From contig JBFGJH010000003.1 in assembly GCA_041577335.1 (NCBI GenBank), positions 1 to 64,000 on the forward strand: a DNA stretch of 64,000 nt. The letters are read 5' to 3'. The DNA is from Acidimicrobiia bacterium. GTDB taxonomy: Bacteria > Actinomycetota > Acidimicrobiia > Spongiisociales > JAENVV01. This document shows, piece after piece, positions 28,536 through 38,255 of the stretch. Within the stretch, counting starts at the first letter, position 1. Every line of letters begins with the position of its first letter. Below the pieces are notes generated by a model. The model ran no database searches. It was not told where the DNA came from and worked only from the letters and a program-made list of their open reading frames with translations. The position numbers and the translations under genes are program-made.

Positions 28536-29713
28536 GCGGAAACCTCGATGATCATTGCATCGCCTTGCCCTCCGCCGCCACAAAGGGTGGCCGCGCCAAG
28601 ACCTCCACCTCGCCGCTGCAAAACGTTGATGAGGCTCACAATGAGACGAGCGCCGGTTGCCCCGATCGGATGCCCGAGTGCCACCGCCCCTCCATGAACG
28701 TTGACCCGCTCCGGCGGGAGGTCGAGCATGCCCGCCGACCAGATCGCCACCGATGCGAACGCTTCGTTGATCTCGATGGCGTGCAGATCGGAAGCTTTGA
28801 GGTCAGCTCTCTTCAGCGCGACCGAGAGGGCTTCGGCGGGTCGCTCGTGGAGCGTGGCGTCGACGCCTCCGATCTGACCATAGGAACGGATGGTGGCGAG
28901 CGGTGTGATGCCTTCGGCGAGGGCGGCATCGGCTCCCGCCACCACGACTGCGGCTCCTCCGTCGGATATCTGTGATGCGTTGCCCGCGGTGATGGTCCCT
29001 TCCGTGGCGAACGCCGGGCGAAGCTTGCCAAGCGATTCGGCCGTGGCATCCGGCCGGATACCCCCGTCGTGCTCAACGAGTAGCGGCTCAGCCTTTCGTT
29101 GTGGCACAGGAATGGCGATGATCTCGTCGGCGAACGCACCGTTTTCGCGTGCTTCCGAAGCTCTCTGATGCGATATGGCGGACCATTCGTCCTGCTCCAG
29201 CCGAGCAATGCCGAGCTGATCGTTCTTGTGGTCCGATTGTTGGCCCATGCTGCATTGGTCGAACGCGCAATAGAGCCCATCGTGCATCATCACATCGATC
29301 ATCTGGGCGTCGCCCATCCGTGCTCCCCAACGGGCCGTCGGGACCACGTAGGGAGCGTTGGACATGGACTCCATGCCTCCCGCGAGCACGAAGGACGCAT
29401 CTCCGACCATCACTGAGCGGTTGGCGAGTCCGATCGCTGCCAAGCCGGACAAGCACACCTTGTTCACCGTGAGCGAGGGCACGGTCATGGGTATCCCGGC
29501 GCGAGTGGCCGCCTGACGTGCCGTGATCTGGCCTTCGCCCGCCTGGAGAACCTGACCAAAAATGACCTCGTCGACCCGGCTTGGCTCGAGCTCAGCCCTT
29601 GCCAAGGCACCCTTCATGGCGTGGGCGCCGAGCTCTACGGCCCGCAACGGTGCGAGTTCCCCCCCGAACTTGCCAATCGGTGTTCGGGCCGCCCCGACTA
29701 TGACTCCACTCAC
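28532..29713 (-). CDS. Acetyl-CoA C-acetyltransferase (thiolase)
   Basis: NKVCLSG, GGMESMS, NEAF, GHPIGATG, LCGGGGQG; SD AGGAGG. Confidence 0.94.
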   Translation of the reverse strand: MSGVIVGAARTPIGKFGGELAPLRAVELGAHAMKGALARAELEPSRVDEVIFGQVLQAGEGQITARQAATRAGIPMTVPSLTVNKVCLSGLAAIGLANRSVMVGDASFVLAGGMESMSNAPYVVPTARWGARMGDAQMIDVMMHDGLYCAFDQCSMGQQSDHKNDQLGIARLEQDEWSAISHQRASEARENGAFADEIIAIPVPQRKAEPLLVEHDGGIRPDATAESLGKLRPAFATEGTITAGNASQISDGGAAVVVAGADAALAEGITPLATIRSYGQIGGVDATLHERPAEALSVALKRADLKASDLHAIEINEAFASVAIWSAGMLDLPPERVNVHGGAVALGHPIGATGARLIVSLINVLQRRGGGLGAATLCGGGGQGDAMIIEVSA

Positions 29714-29765
29714 ATTTCCTCCTGCTGTTGGGGCCATGGTACCGGCCGGCGGTACACTCGATCCG

Positions 29766-30173
29766 ATGCAATTGGTCAACGTGGATCATGTGGGAATCGC
29801 CGTTCATGACCTCGACAGCGCCATCGATTCCTATCGCGAGCTGTTTGGCGTCGAACCGATGCGGCGCGAGCGGGTGGTGGATCAGGGTGTCGATGAAGCG
29901 ATGATTCCGCTCGGGGGCTCGTTCATCCAACTGCTGAGCCCGCTTCACGACGACACACCGGTGGGTCGCTTCCTTACAACACGAGGGGAAGGGCTCCACC
30001 ACGTGGCGTATGCGGTGGCTGACCTTCCGGCGGCGCTCTTGCACCTCGAAGAGCACGGCGCCCGCCTCATCGATCGCACGCCCCGCCTCGGTGGTGGGGG
30101 CCACCAGATCGCGTTTGTCCACCCCAAGACCGTCGGCGGAACCCTCATCGAACTGGTGGCGCTCGGTGACTGA
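29766..30173 (+). CDS. mce: Methylmalonyl-CoA epimerase
   Basis: DHVGIAV, QGVDEAM, GEGLHHVAY, FVHPK...GTLIELV. Confidence 0.9.
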   Translation: MQLVNVDHVGIAVHDLDSAIDSYRELFGVEPMRRERVVDQGVDEAMIPLGGSFIQLLSPLHDDTPVGRFLTTRGEGLHHVAYAVADLPAALLHLEEHGARLIDRTPRLGGGGHQIAFVHPKTVGGTLIELVALGD

Positions 30174-30366
30174 GAGTGTCGAGATCAAGGGCGGTGCCAC
30201 GGCCGACGAAATGGCAGCGATCCTGGCTGCCATCGCATTGGTCTTGGAGGAGGAGCGCCGGCGTGGCCGTGATACGGATGCACGCTCATCCCTGTCGCCC
30301 TGGGTCCGGCTCGGGCGTTTCGCCAATCCAGGTGGCGCCCAACCGACACCGTTCCCAGGCCACTAG
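30166..30366 (+). CDS. Acyl-CoA carboxylase epsilon subunit-like small protein
   Basis: VEIKGGATADEMAAILAAI...SPW pattern; overlaps mce stop. Confidence 0.7.
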   Translation: MTESVEIKGGATADEMAAILAAIALVLEEERRRGRDTDARSSLSPWVRLGRFANPGGAQPTPFPGH

Positions 30367-30411
30367 TCGCTCGCTTCCGCGACTTGGTCCATGAGGAGCT
30401 GAGATTTCCCT

Positions 30412-30438
30412 TATAGTTGCACGTGCACCTACCGATAC
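30412..30438 (+). promoter_or_regulatory. Sigma28 (FliA/WhiG)-type promoter TATAGTTG-N11-ACCGATAC
   Basis: Close to TAAAGTTT-N11-GCCGATAA with exact spacing; upstream of the receiver-HEAT-GT2 operon. Confidence 0.55.
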
Positions 30439-30573
30439 TCACGGAGGCCCGCGTTCGGCCGAGCGTCGAATCCGCTACGTGAACGCAGACTGGGCAACGT
30501 TCACAACGAGCAGAGAAAAGTAGCCAAGTGAAGCCGAGCAGGGGCGGCGCGCCGAAGCAGGAGGGTGCCTGGC

Positions 30574-30948
30574 GTGCAACGAATCAAAGTGATGGTGGTA
30601 GAGGACTCCCGCGTTGCCTCGGTGATGTTGACCCGTGCCCTCGAAGCCGAAGGCTTCACGGTCGTGGCTCTCGACGACGGGCTCGATGCCTACAAACGAG
30701 GCCTGGAAGGCGACATCGACCTGGTGCTACTCGACCACCTGCTTCCGGGAATGCTGGGAACGGAGGTGCTCCATCGCTGGCGCAGTGAGGGCATCACATT
30801 TCCGGTCATCATGATCTCCAACGTCACCGGCGAAGAGGAGGTGACCAGAGCCCTCACCCTCGGGGCACGCGACTACGTCCGCAAGCCGTTCTCGACGCGG
30901 GAGTTGATGGCTCGGGTGAGAATCCAGCTGGACGGCGTCCATGGCTGA
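30574..30948 (+). CDS. Single-domain response regulator (receiver only)
   Basis: VVED, LLDHLLPG (phospho-Asp), MIS, KPF; SD AGGAGG. Confidence 0.9.
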   Translation: MQRIKVMVVEDSRVASVMLTRALEAEGFTVVALDDGLDAYKRGLEGDIDLVLLDHLLPGMLGTEVLHRWRSEGITFPVIMISNVTGEEEVTRALTLGARDYVRKPFSTRELMARVRIQLDGVHG

Positions 30949-32155
30949 ATTGTCGAGAATCATCCTCATTGCCCTAGCGTCGGTAGTGCTCTGCGCCGGG
31001 GCGATGTTGTTCGCCGTCAAGGTCACGCGCCGCCACATCGAGGGCCGGCGATTCACCAGGCGTCAAATCTATGTGGATCTGGTCGGCGAGCTCATCGTCC
31101 GAGGCACGTTCCACCACCGCGCGTTTCGCACGAATTCGGCTGACCCGCTATTTCGTGGGGTCTTGTTGGAGTACCTGCGGATGCTGCGTGGAGAGGACCG
31201 ATCGAGGCTCATGCGGGCTGCCCGTGATATGGGGATGGTGGACCGATTTGTGAAGGAACTGACATCGCGCGACCGCAACCTGCGGGTCTCTGCTGCGCAA
31301 GCGTTGGGCGAGATCGGTGACCCAACGACGGTCGAGGAGCTGGTCTTTGCGTTGGCCGACCCTGTCGATGAGGTCGGCGCCCAGGCTGCGGCCGCCCTCG
31401 CCAGGATCGGCGATCCCCGTGCTGTCAAGAGCATGCTGGCAGCGATGGATCATCAGGAGCAATGGAACGCTCAGCGGCTGGCCGACTCTTTGTTCAGCTT
31501 TGGGAAAGACGCCGTTCCCGAGATGACGCGGTATCTGCAGAGTTCGGGACGGTACCGACCGCTCATCGCTCGAACTCTCGGTCTCATCGGCGATCTGCGG
31601 GCCGAACCCGCACTCATCCAAGCGCTGTCTTCGGCCTCCCTCGAACTCCGGCTGCGGTCCGTGGCGGCACTCGGCAGGGCGGGCAGCATTGACGCCGTGC
31701 CTCACCTGGTCGAGGCCCTCGACGATGAGGATTGGCGAGTGCGGGCTCAGGCGGCGTCTGCGCTGGGGCGGCGGCGCGATCGTGAAGGCCTTCCAGCGTT
31801 GCGGCGCGCTTTGGCCGACCCGTCATGGTGGGTTCGCCACAACTCGGCAGCTGCGCTTGCGCAGGTGGCCGGCGGCAACGAAGCGCTGCGAAGAGCACTC
31901 GATCATCCCGACCCCTACGCCCGGGACGCCGCGGCCTCGATGTTGCTCTCAACCGATGCGGCCATCGCGGCCGTCCGGTCAGTGGGATCCGAGGATCCTC
32001 TCGAGCGGGCCGCGTCCGAGGAGTTCATCGGAGCCCTCGCCGAGGCCGGGAAAGAGGAGTATTTCGTGGCAGCTGGATTGGACCCGCATGATGTGAAGTC
32101 GATGCGGCTGCGGCATGAGCTCAAGGAATACCCGCATGTGGCGTCCGATCGTTGA
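30941..32155 (+). CDS. Membrane-anchored HEAT/PBS-lyase repeat protein
   Basis: N-terminal TM; repeats such as LVEALDDEDWRVRAQAASALG and LADPSWWVRHNSAAAL. Confidence 0.88.
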   Translation: MAELSRIILIALASVVLCAGAMLFAVKVTRRHIEGRRFTRRQIYVDLVGELIVRGTFHHRAFRTNSADPLFRGVLLEYLRMLRGEDRSRLMRAARDMGMVDRFVKELTSRDRNLRVSAAQALGEIGDPTTVEELVFALADPVDEVGAQAAAALARIGDPRAVKSMLAAMDHQEQWNAQRLADSLFSFGKDAVPEMTRYLQSSGRYRPLIARTLGLIGDLRAEPALIQALSSASLELRLRSVAALGRAGSIDAVPHLVEALDDEDWRVRAQAASALGRRRDREGLPALRRALADPSWWVRHNSAAALAQVAGGNEALRRALDHPDPYARDAAASMLLSTDAAIAAVRSVGSEDPLERAASEEFIGALAEAGKEEYFVAAGLDPHDVKSMRLRHELKEYPHVASDR

Positions 32156-33539
32156 AGGCTTCGACTACTTCATTCTCTTCTTTGTCATCGCCATGCAAGT
32201 ACAGATCCTGGTGGTGGCGGTCGCTTCGTATCGTGAGCTGAGAAAAAGCCAGTTCTCCTCGACATACGGTCGGGTCGGCGATCTGCTCACGTCGGACAGC
32301 ACGCCTCCGGTCTCGATCATCATCCCTGCGTACAACGAGGAGGCAGGGATCGCCGACTCCGTACGATCGATGGCGATGACTCACTATCCCAAGATGGAGA
32401 TAGTCGTCGTCAACGACGGCTCGAAGGATGGCACGGTCGCGAGGATGATCCAGGCTTTCGAGATGGTCCCGATCGACTTCCCCTTCGTACCGGCGATTCC
32501 CACGAGCGCCGTGCGTCGCATCTACCGATCGAAGCTTCCACTCCCGGTCGTGCTCGTCGACAAAGAAAACGGCGGCAAGTCGGATGCGATCAACGCCGGC
32601 ATAAACGTGTCGAGCTTCCCCTACTTCATGGCCACCGATGCCGATATGGTGCTCGAAGACGACGCCCTCCTCAATGTGATGCGCCACTTCGTCGAGGATC
32701 GAGCCCACACGCTGGCGGTGGGGGGCAATGTCAGGCCGCTCAACGGCAGCACGGTCCGGCTCGGCAAAGTCATCGAGCCCAGCCTGCCGGCGAGACCACT
32801 GGAAATGGTCCAGGTCGTTGAGTACATCCGGTCGTTTCTGGCGGCTCGGCCAGGGTGGTCCCGGCTTCGATCGGTGCTCATCATCTCGGGCGCGTTTGGT
32901 GTCTTTTCCAAGGCCGCGGTGTCGGAGGTTGGGGGATTCCGAACCGACCACCTTGGCGAAGACATGGAAATGACCATGCGGCTCCATCGTCACTACCGCA
33001 GGAGCGGGCGCAAATACCGCATCGTCTACGCACCAGATGCAATTGCCTGGACCGAGGTACCGCTCACCTGGGATGTGCTCAAGAAGCAGCGGATCAGATG
33101 GCATCGAGGGTTGGTACAGGTGATCTGGCAATACCGTGGTTTGATCCTGAACCCCCGCCACCGGTTCGTCGGGATGGTCGCGTGGCCCGCGTTCATCCTG
33201 TTCGAATTCATTGCGCCGCTACTCGAGTTCCTCGGCTGGATCTTCGTTCCCATGTCGTTGTGGATGGGAATTCTGGATCCTGAAGTCGCAGTACCACTGA
33301 TTCTCATCTCGTTGTTCTTGGGAGCCGGCAACTCGATCCTCGCCCTGTACCTCGACGAGCGGTTCGGCTACTACGGATCGGCAGGCCAGACCGCTCGCCT
33401 GCTGTTCTATACGCTGATCGAACACCTGGGACTCCGCCAGCGCAGCGTGTGGTGGCGCGTGCGGGCCATGATATGGAATCCTCGCAAGAAACTGTGGGGC
33501 GACATGAAGCGGGCTGGCGTCGGCAATCTGTCCGGCTAA
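32136..33539 (+). CDS. Processive GT2 glycosyltransferase (PgaC/IcaA-like), integral membrane
   Basis: PAYNEE, NDGSKD, NGGKSDAIN, DAD, GED, QRIRW (D,D,D,QxxRW); flanking TM helices. Confidence 0.92.
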   Translation: MWRPIVEGFDYFILFFVIAMQVQILVVAVASYRELRKSQFSSTYGRVGDLLTSDSTPPVSIIIPAYNEEAGIADSVRSMAMTHYPKMEIVVVNDGSKDGTVARMIQAFEMVPIDFPFVPAIPTSAVRRIYRSKLPLPVVLVDKENGGKSDAINAGINVSSFPYFMATDADMVLEDDALLNVMRHFVEDRAHTLAVGGNVRPLNGSTVRLGKVIEPSLPARPLEMVQVVEYIRSFLAARPGWSRLRSVLIISGAFGVFSKAAVSEVGGFRTDHLGEDMEMTMRLHRHYRRSGRKYRIVYAPDAIAWTEVPLTWDVLKKQRIRWHRGLVQVIWQYRGLILNPRHRFVGMVAWPAFILFEFIAPLLEFLGWIFVPMSLWMGILDPEVAVPLILISLFLGAGNSILALYLDERFGYYGSAGQTARLLFYTLIEHLGLRQRSVWWRVRAMIWNPRKKLWGDMKRAGVGNLSG

Positions 33540-35110
33540 CTCCTGCCGCGGAGCTCCGCGAGCTCTCGAGAACCGAATAGGCGAGTCACCGCGAAATACA
33601 CGAAGGTGCCGGGGATGGCGGCACCGATGAGGGCCATGATCCCGCGGGCGACGCTCATCGATTCCAGGTCGCCCCCGATGGCTCCCGCCGCCACCCAGAT
33701 GACCACCCCAGCCATGGAAGCTCCGGCGGCCGCGCGACCCAATGCCCACAGCACTGCGCTGGCTTCTCCATCGTCCGTTCGGTTGTACCAGACGATGCCG
33801 AGATTGAGTGTGTATCCGGTCATTGCCGCCAGGGACGCCAAAGGAATGCCGAGCAGCCCCCGGCGCTCGATGAGCTCGAGGTAGACGGGAATGCTCATTA
33901 CGGCCCAAACCGTTCCGATGGCGACAGGCGACCACATCTCACTGCGGGCATAAAACCCGCGTGCGTAGATCTGGTGAACCGCCCAGAGCGGGATCGTCAG
34001 GCCGAGGAGGGCGAGGATGCTCGCCGTAGCAACCGTGTCTGATAGGTCGAAGGCGCCGCGTTGGAACGCCACCCGGACCACCGGTTGGCTGGCTCCAACA
34101 ACGGCCGCAACTGCGAGGCCGCTCACGAAGATGGCATAACGCAGCGCGCGAGTCACCGTCGCGAACATGTCGGCTTCCTTGCGCTCGGCCACCAGCCGGG
34201 CCAGGAAGGGATAGGTCGCTACTCCCGCTGCCTGGGCGATCACTCCTACAGGGAGCATGTTGAGGCGGCGTGCATAGGAGAGCTGGGCGATCGCACCATC
34301 GCCGGCGAGGTTGCCGAAGACTCTCAGGAACTGTTCGTCGAGGACTGCGATCGACTGTCCGAGCATCAAGGGAAGGGATAGGAGAGCGTACTCCTTGACC
34401 ACGGGGTCTCGGACCGTGGTGCCCCGCACCCAGCGGAGCCCGCACGCCCGTGCGCCAAATGCCTGCAAGGCGAAACTGCCGAGAAATGCCCCGGCCAGGG
34501 CGCCCCAGATGAAACCGGCCGGCGTGGCTTCGCCACCCAACGATCCGATCACGCCTCCGGAGATGATGGCCAGGTTGTAGACGATAGGAGCAAGCGAGGG
34601 GACGATGAACCGCTGGTGGGCGTACTGGACGGCCATGAGCAGACTGCCGAGCATGAAGAACACCTGGGCAGGCATGACGATTCGTGTGAGTCGGGTGACC
34701 TCGGCGATTTGTTGCGGATCGAGCGCGGTGGTCGGCGCGCCTGGGAGCAACCCGGGAAACTGAACATAGATCAAATCGACGAGCCATCCAGCGGCTGCCA
34801 TGGCGGCCGCAGTGAACACGAGCATCAGCACGACCACCGGCTTGGCAATCGCTGCAAATGAGCGCCAGCCGCCGGCCTCGTCGCCGACGGCGAGATGGCG
34901 CGAGAGAATAGGAATGAACGTGATCGATAGATAGCCACCCGCCATGAGATAGAAGAGGAGGTCGGGCACGAAGAAGGCTGCCACGTATTCGTCCGCCCCG
35001 GGTCCCGAGCCGAGGAGGCCGGTGATCACGACATCGCGGACGAAGCCGAGGATGCGCGAAAGCAGAATCCCGCCCGACACCCATACCGCTGCCTTGCCGA
35101 GCCGGCTCAC
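33536..35110 (-). CDS. murJ: Lipid II flippase
   Basis: LSRILGFVRD, AFFVPD, FIP, YARRLNMLPVGV, FQRGAF. Confidence 0.9.
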   Translation of the reverse strand: MSRLGKAAVWVSGGILLSRILGFVRDVVITGLLGSGPGADEYVAAFFVPDLLFYLMAGGYLSITFIPILSRHLAVGDEAGGWRSFAAIAKPVVVLMLVFTAAAMAAAGWLVDLIYVQFPGLLPGAPTTALDPQQIAEVTRLTRIVMPAQVFFMLGSLLMAVQYAHQRFIVPSLAPIVYNLAIISGGVIGSLGGEATPAGFIWGALAGAFLGSFALQAFGARACGLRWVRGTTVRDPVVKEYALLSLPLMLGQSIAVLDEQFLRVFGNLAGDGAIAQLSYARRLNMLPVGVIAQAAGVATYPFLARLVAERKEADMFATVTRALRYAIFVSGLAVAAVVGASQPVVRVAFQRGAFDLSDTVATASILALLGLTIPLWAVHQIYARGFYARSEMWSPVAIGTVWAVMSIPVYLELIERRGLLGIPLASLAAMTGYTLNLGIVWYNRTDDGEASAVLWALGRAAAGASMAGVVIWVAAGAIGGDLESMSVARGIMALIGAAIPGTFVYFAVTRLFGSRELAELRGRS

Positions 35111-35952
35111 GGACGGGCTTCTTCGAGTTCTTCGACAACCCAATCGGGCACGTGGAGGTTGTTGGATCGGCCTGTTCCCAGCTGGAGCCCTGCCTTGTAG
35201 GTCCCGTGGTAGTCGGAGCCCCCGCCGGCAACGAGTCCAAAGGAGCGGGCATGCTCGGCAAAGGCGGTGCGTTCGTCCGGCCCGTACTCGGGGTAGTAGC
35301 ACTCGATGCCTGCCAGCCCTGCCGCGGAGAGCCGCTCGAACGTTGCTGCGAACTCCTCCGACCGGTTGTGACCCAAGGTGTGAGGGTGAGCGAGAACAGC
35401 TACCGCTCCCGATTTCACGGCCAAGTCGATAGCCTGCTCGGGTGCCAGTCGCTCCCTCCCGAGGTACCCGGGCCGGCCGGTCGCCAGTAACTTGTCGAAG
35501 ACGGTTGTGGGTTCGGGGAAGTATCCCTTTCTCACGAGTACGGCGGCGAAATGTGGTCGACCCACCACTCCTGAACCGGCCTCGGAGAGGATTTCCTCCA
35601 GAGAGATGTCGTAACCGAGCTCATTGAGTCTCTTGACCATCCGCTCGTTGCGCGATGCCCGAGCTGCCTGAAGTCGGCTCAGTGCGTCTTGCAGTGGTCC
35701 GGGCCCGGGCTCGAGCCAGAGCACGACCAGATGCATCCCGCCATGAGGCCAGTCCAACGAGAGCTCGGTTCCAGGAATGAGGCGGATACCGTGCCGGTCG
35801 GCAGCAGATTGGGCCTCGGGGATGCCAGAGAGTGTGTCGTGATCGGTGAGCGCCACGGCACCGAGGCCCGCTGCGGCTGCCGCCTTGATGAGGTCGGCGG
35901 GTTTGTCAGAACCATCAGACTCGCGTGAGTGTGTGTGGAGATCGACCGCCAT
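35107..35952 (-). CDS. PHP-domain phosphoesterase (YciV/TrpH-like)
   Basis: DLHTHS, ALTDHDT, GRPH, LAHP, GGSDYHG. Confidence 0.9.
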   Translation of the reverse strand: MAVDLHTHSRESDGSDKPADLIKAAAAAGLGAVALTDHDTLSGIPEAQSAADRHGIRLIPGTELSLDWPHGGMHLVVLWLEPGPGPLQDALSRLQAARASRNERMVKRLNELGYDISLEEILSEAGSGVVGRPHFAAVLVRKGYFPEPTTVFDKLLATGRPGYLGRERLAPEQAIDLAVKSGAVAVLAHPHTLGHNRSEEFAATFERLSAAGLAGIECYYPEYGPDERTAFAEHARSFGLVAGGGSDYHGTYKAGLQLGTGRSNNLHVPDWVVEELEEARP

Positions 35953-35973
35953 CCGAGCAGCGTACCGCCGACC

Positions 35974-36891
35974 TCAGCGATCGACGGCTACCGACTCGAT
36001 GTAGATGGTCTCCAGCGGCCGGGTACGCGCTCCTGTGATCTGGGCTCCGAGGTCGATCTCGGCGATGAGATCCAGCACATCGTCGCCGGCCGTCAACTGG
36101 CCGATCACGTTGAGATCGGCGAGGGGAACATCCTCGCCGAGCACGATCATGAAGCGAGAATCTGATCGGTTCGGTCCGCCTCCTGCGGCCAGGGCCACGG
36201 TGCCACGTTCGAACACATAGTCGTCGGCGGGCGGCTCATCGACGACCCGGTATCCAGGACCTCTATCACCCATCGCCGTCTGGTCGCCTGCTTCGATGGC
36301 CACCTCGGGCCTGACGCTGTAGACCACGGTGCCGTCGTAGAAGCCTTGTTCGGCAAGGAACACGAAGCTATTGACCGAGTCGGGCGCTTGGTCGGCATCG
36401 AGCTCGATGACGAGGTCCCCGCACGAGGTCACCACGGTGGCGGTGAGGGTTCCCGACAGAGCCAAGTCGTCCGGCGATTCGAACTCCATCGGCTCAGCAG
36501 GGTCGGGGGCGGTTCCACCACAAGCAACCACCTGTTCGCGTGCCTGTGCGTACGCCGCACCGAGCTCAGACACGGGATCGCGGTCGCGGTTGCGCCAGGC
36601 GCTGATTCCCAGCACGACCACCCCGGCCAGGACGACAAGGAGGAAGTTTCGGCCGGTGCGCTTGAGCAGCTGGCGCCGCTCGGCTTTTGCCTTGGCTACC
36701 TGCCGCTGGGTTGCCTGGTCGCTCTTGGGTTTGGCCGGCGCTGTCTGCTTGCTCTTGTCCTTGGTGGCGGCCTTTTCTTTGGAGGAAGGCTTCTCTTTCG
36801 CAGCGGACTTGCCCTTGGAATCGTCGCCGGCTGGTTTTGACGACGCGCGCGCTGCTTTGGATGGCGGCCGTTTGTTCTTCTGTCGACTCAC
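35974..36891 (-). CDS. Membrane-anchored cyclophilin-type peptidylprolyl isomerase
   Basis: Lys-rich N-tail, one TM, APDSVNSFVFLAEQGFYDG, GPGY; several catalytic positions diverged. Confidence 0.82.
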   Translation of the reverse strand: MSRQKNKRPPSKAARASSKPAGDDSKGKSAAKEKPSSKEKAATKDKSKQTAPAKPKSDQATQRQVAKAKAERRQLLKRTGRNFLLVVLAGVVVLGISAWRNRDRDPVSELGAAYAQAREQVVACGGTAPDPAEPMEFESPDDLALSGTLTATVVTSCGDLVIELDADQAPDSVNSFVFLAEQGFYDGTVVYSVRPEVAIEAGDQTAMGDRGPGYRVVDEPPADDYVFERGTVALAAGGGPNRSDSRFMIVLGEDVPLADLNVIGQLTAGDDVLDLIAEIDLGAQITGARTRPLETIYIESVAVDR

Positions 36892-37022
36892 GCTCGTGGA
36901 TCTTACAGGCGACTCGGCCGTGGACGCCCAGCTCCGCGCGGTTTGGCCTGCCGCGTTGCGCAATGCCATCGGACTTGCCACGCCCTGCTTGTACACTGCC
37001 AGCTGCTCGAGATAGGCACGAA

Positions 37023-38255
37023 ATGTCCCTGATCGTTCAGAAATACGGTGGCACATCGGTGGGCGGTCCCGCCCGGATACAACGGGTGGCCGACCGAATC
37101 GCACGCACCCGTCGGGAAGGCCACGACGTCATCGTGGTGGTGTCCGCAATGGGCACTACCACCGATGATCTCATCGCGCTGGCGGGGGAGATCACATCCA
37201 AACCGCCCGGTCGCGAGATGGACATGCTGCTCACCGCGGGCGAGCGGATCTCGATGGCGCTGCTGGCAATGGCGCTTGACGTCGAAGGCGTGGAGGCGGT
37301 CAGCTTCACAGGCTCCCAAGCGGGAATCCTCACCGATGACGCTCATGGCGAGGCGCGCATCACGGGAATCAGAGGCGATCGGGTCGCCAAGAGCATTGCG
37401 GATCACAAGGTCGTCATCGTCGCCGGGTTTCAGGGCGTATCCCCCGACACCAAAGAAGTGACGACGCTGGGGCGAGGTGGTTCGGATGCGACAGCAGTTG
37501 CGCTCGCGGCAGCGCACGGCGCCGTGGCCTGTGAGATCTATACCGACGTCGATGGCGTCTTCACAGCCGACCCGCGGGTGGTGCCTACTGCCCGAAAACT
37601 CAACGAGGTCACATTCGACGAGATGCTCGAGCTCGCTGCCAGCGGGGCGGGCGTGCTCATGGCCCGTTCGGTGGAGTTCGGCCGGAGGTTCAATATCCCC
37701 ATACATGTCAGGTCCTCTTTTCATGACGAAGACGGAACCTGGATCAAGGAGACCACCATGGAACAGGCCATCATCAGCGGTGTGGCGCACGATATCTCCG
37801 AAGCGAAGGTCACGGTGCACTCGGTTCCCGACCAGCCAGGCGTCGCAGCCGATTTGTTCGAGTCATTGGCGAGTGAAGGCGTCAACGTCGACATGATCGT
37901 TCAGAACGTGTCCTCCTCGGGACAGACAGACATCTCGTTCACGGTCCCCAAGGCGCAGAGCACGGAGGCGCTCGCCACGGCAGAGGGAGTGGCGCGCACC
38001 CTCGGCGCCGGTGGAGTCGACGTACGCATGGAAACCGGCAAGGTTTCGCTCGTGGGAGCCGGGATGAAGACCGAATCGGGCATCGCCGGCCGTGTGTTTC
38101 GCGCTCTGGCCGCCGAAGGAATCAACATCGACATGATCTCGACATCGACCATCCGAATTTCCTGCGTTATCGACCAGTCGGACGTTCCCAGGGCCGTGCA
38201 GGCTTTGGTCGCTGCTTTCGAGCTCGACAGCGTGGCCGAGGAGGTGGGGGCGTGA
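37023..38255 (+). CDS. ask: Aspartate kinase
   Basis: VQKYGGTSV, VVSAMG, GRGGSD, TDVDG, two ACT domains; internal MEQ beta-subunit start preceded by AAGGAG. Confidence 0.96.
   Translation: MSLIVQKYGGTSVGGPARIQRVADRIARTRREGHDVIVVVSAMGTTTDDLIALAGEITSKPPGREMDMLLTAGERISMALLAMALDVEGVEAVSFTGSQAGILTDDAHGEARITGIRGDRVAKSIADHKVVIVAGFQGVSPDTKEVTTLGRGGSDATAVALAAAHGAVACEIYTDVDGVFTADPRVVPTARKLNEVTFDEMLELAASGAGVLMARSVEFGRRFNIPIHVRSSFHDEDGTWIKETTMEQAIISGVAHDISEAKVTVHSVPDQPGVAADLFESLASEGVNVDMIVQNVSSSGQTDISFTVPKAQSTEALATAEGVARTLGAGGVDVRMETGKVSLVGAGMKTESGIAGRVFRALAAEGINIDMISTSTIRISCVIDQSDVPRAVQALVAAFELDSVAEEVGA

Noticed and set aside
30470..30530. Loose similarity to a c-di-GMP-II riboswitch (GTGAA...CTGGGCA...GAGC...GTAG)
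   Set aside because: Pseudoknot complement and 5' conserved motif are not intact; needs cmscan
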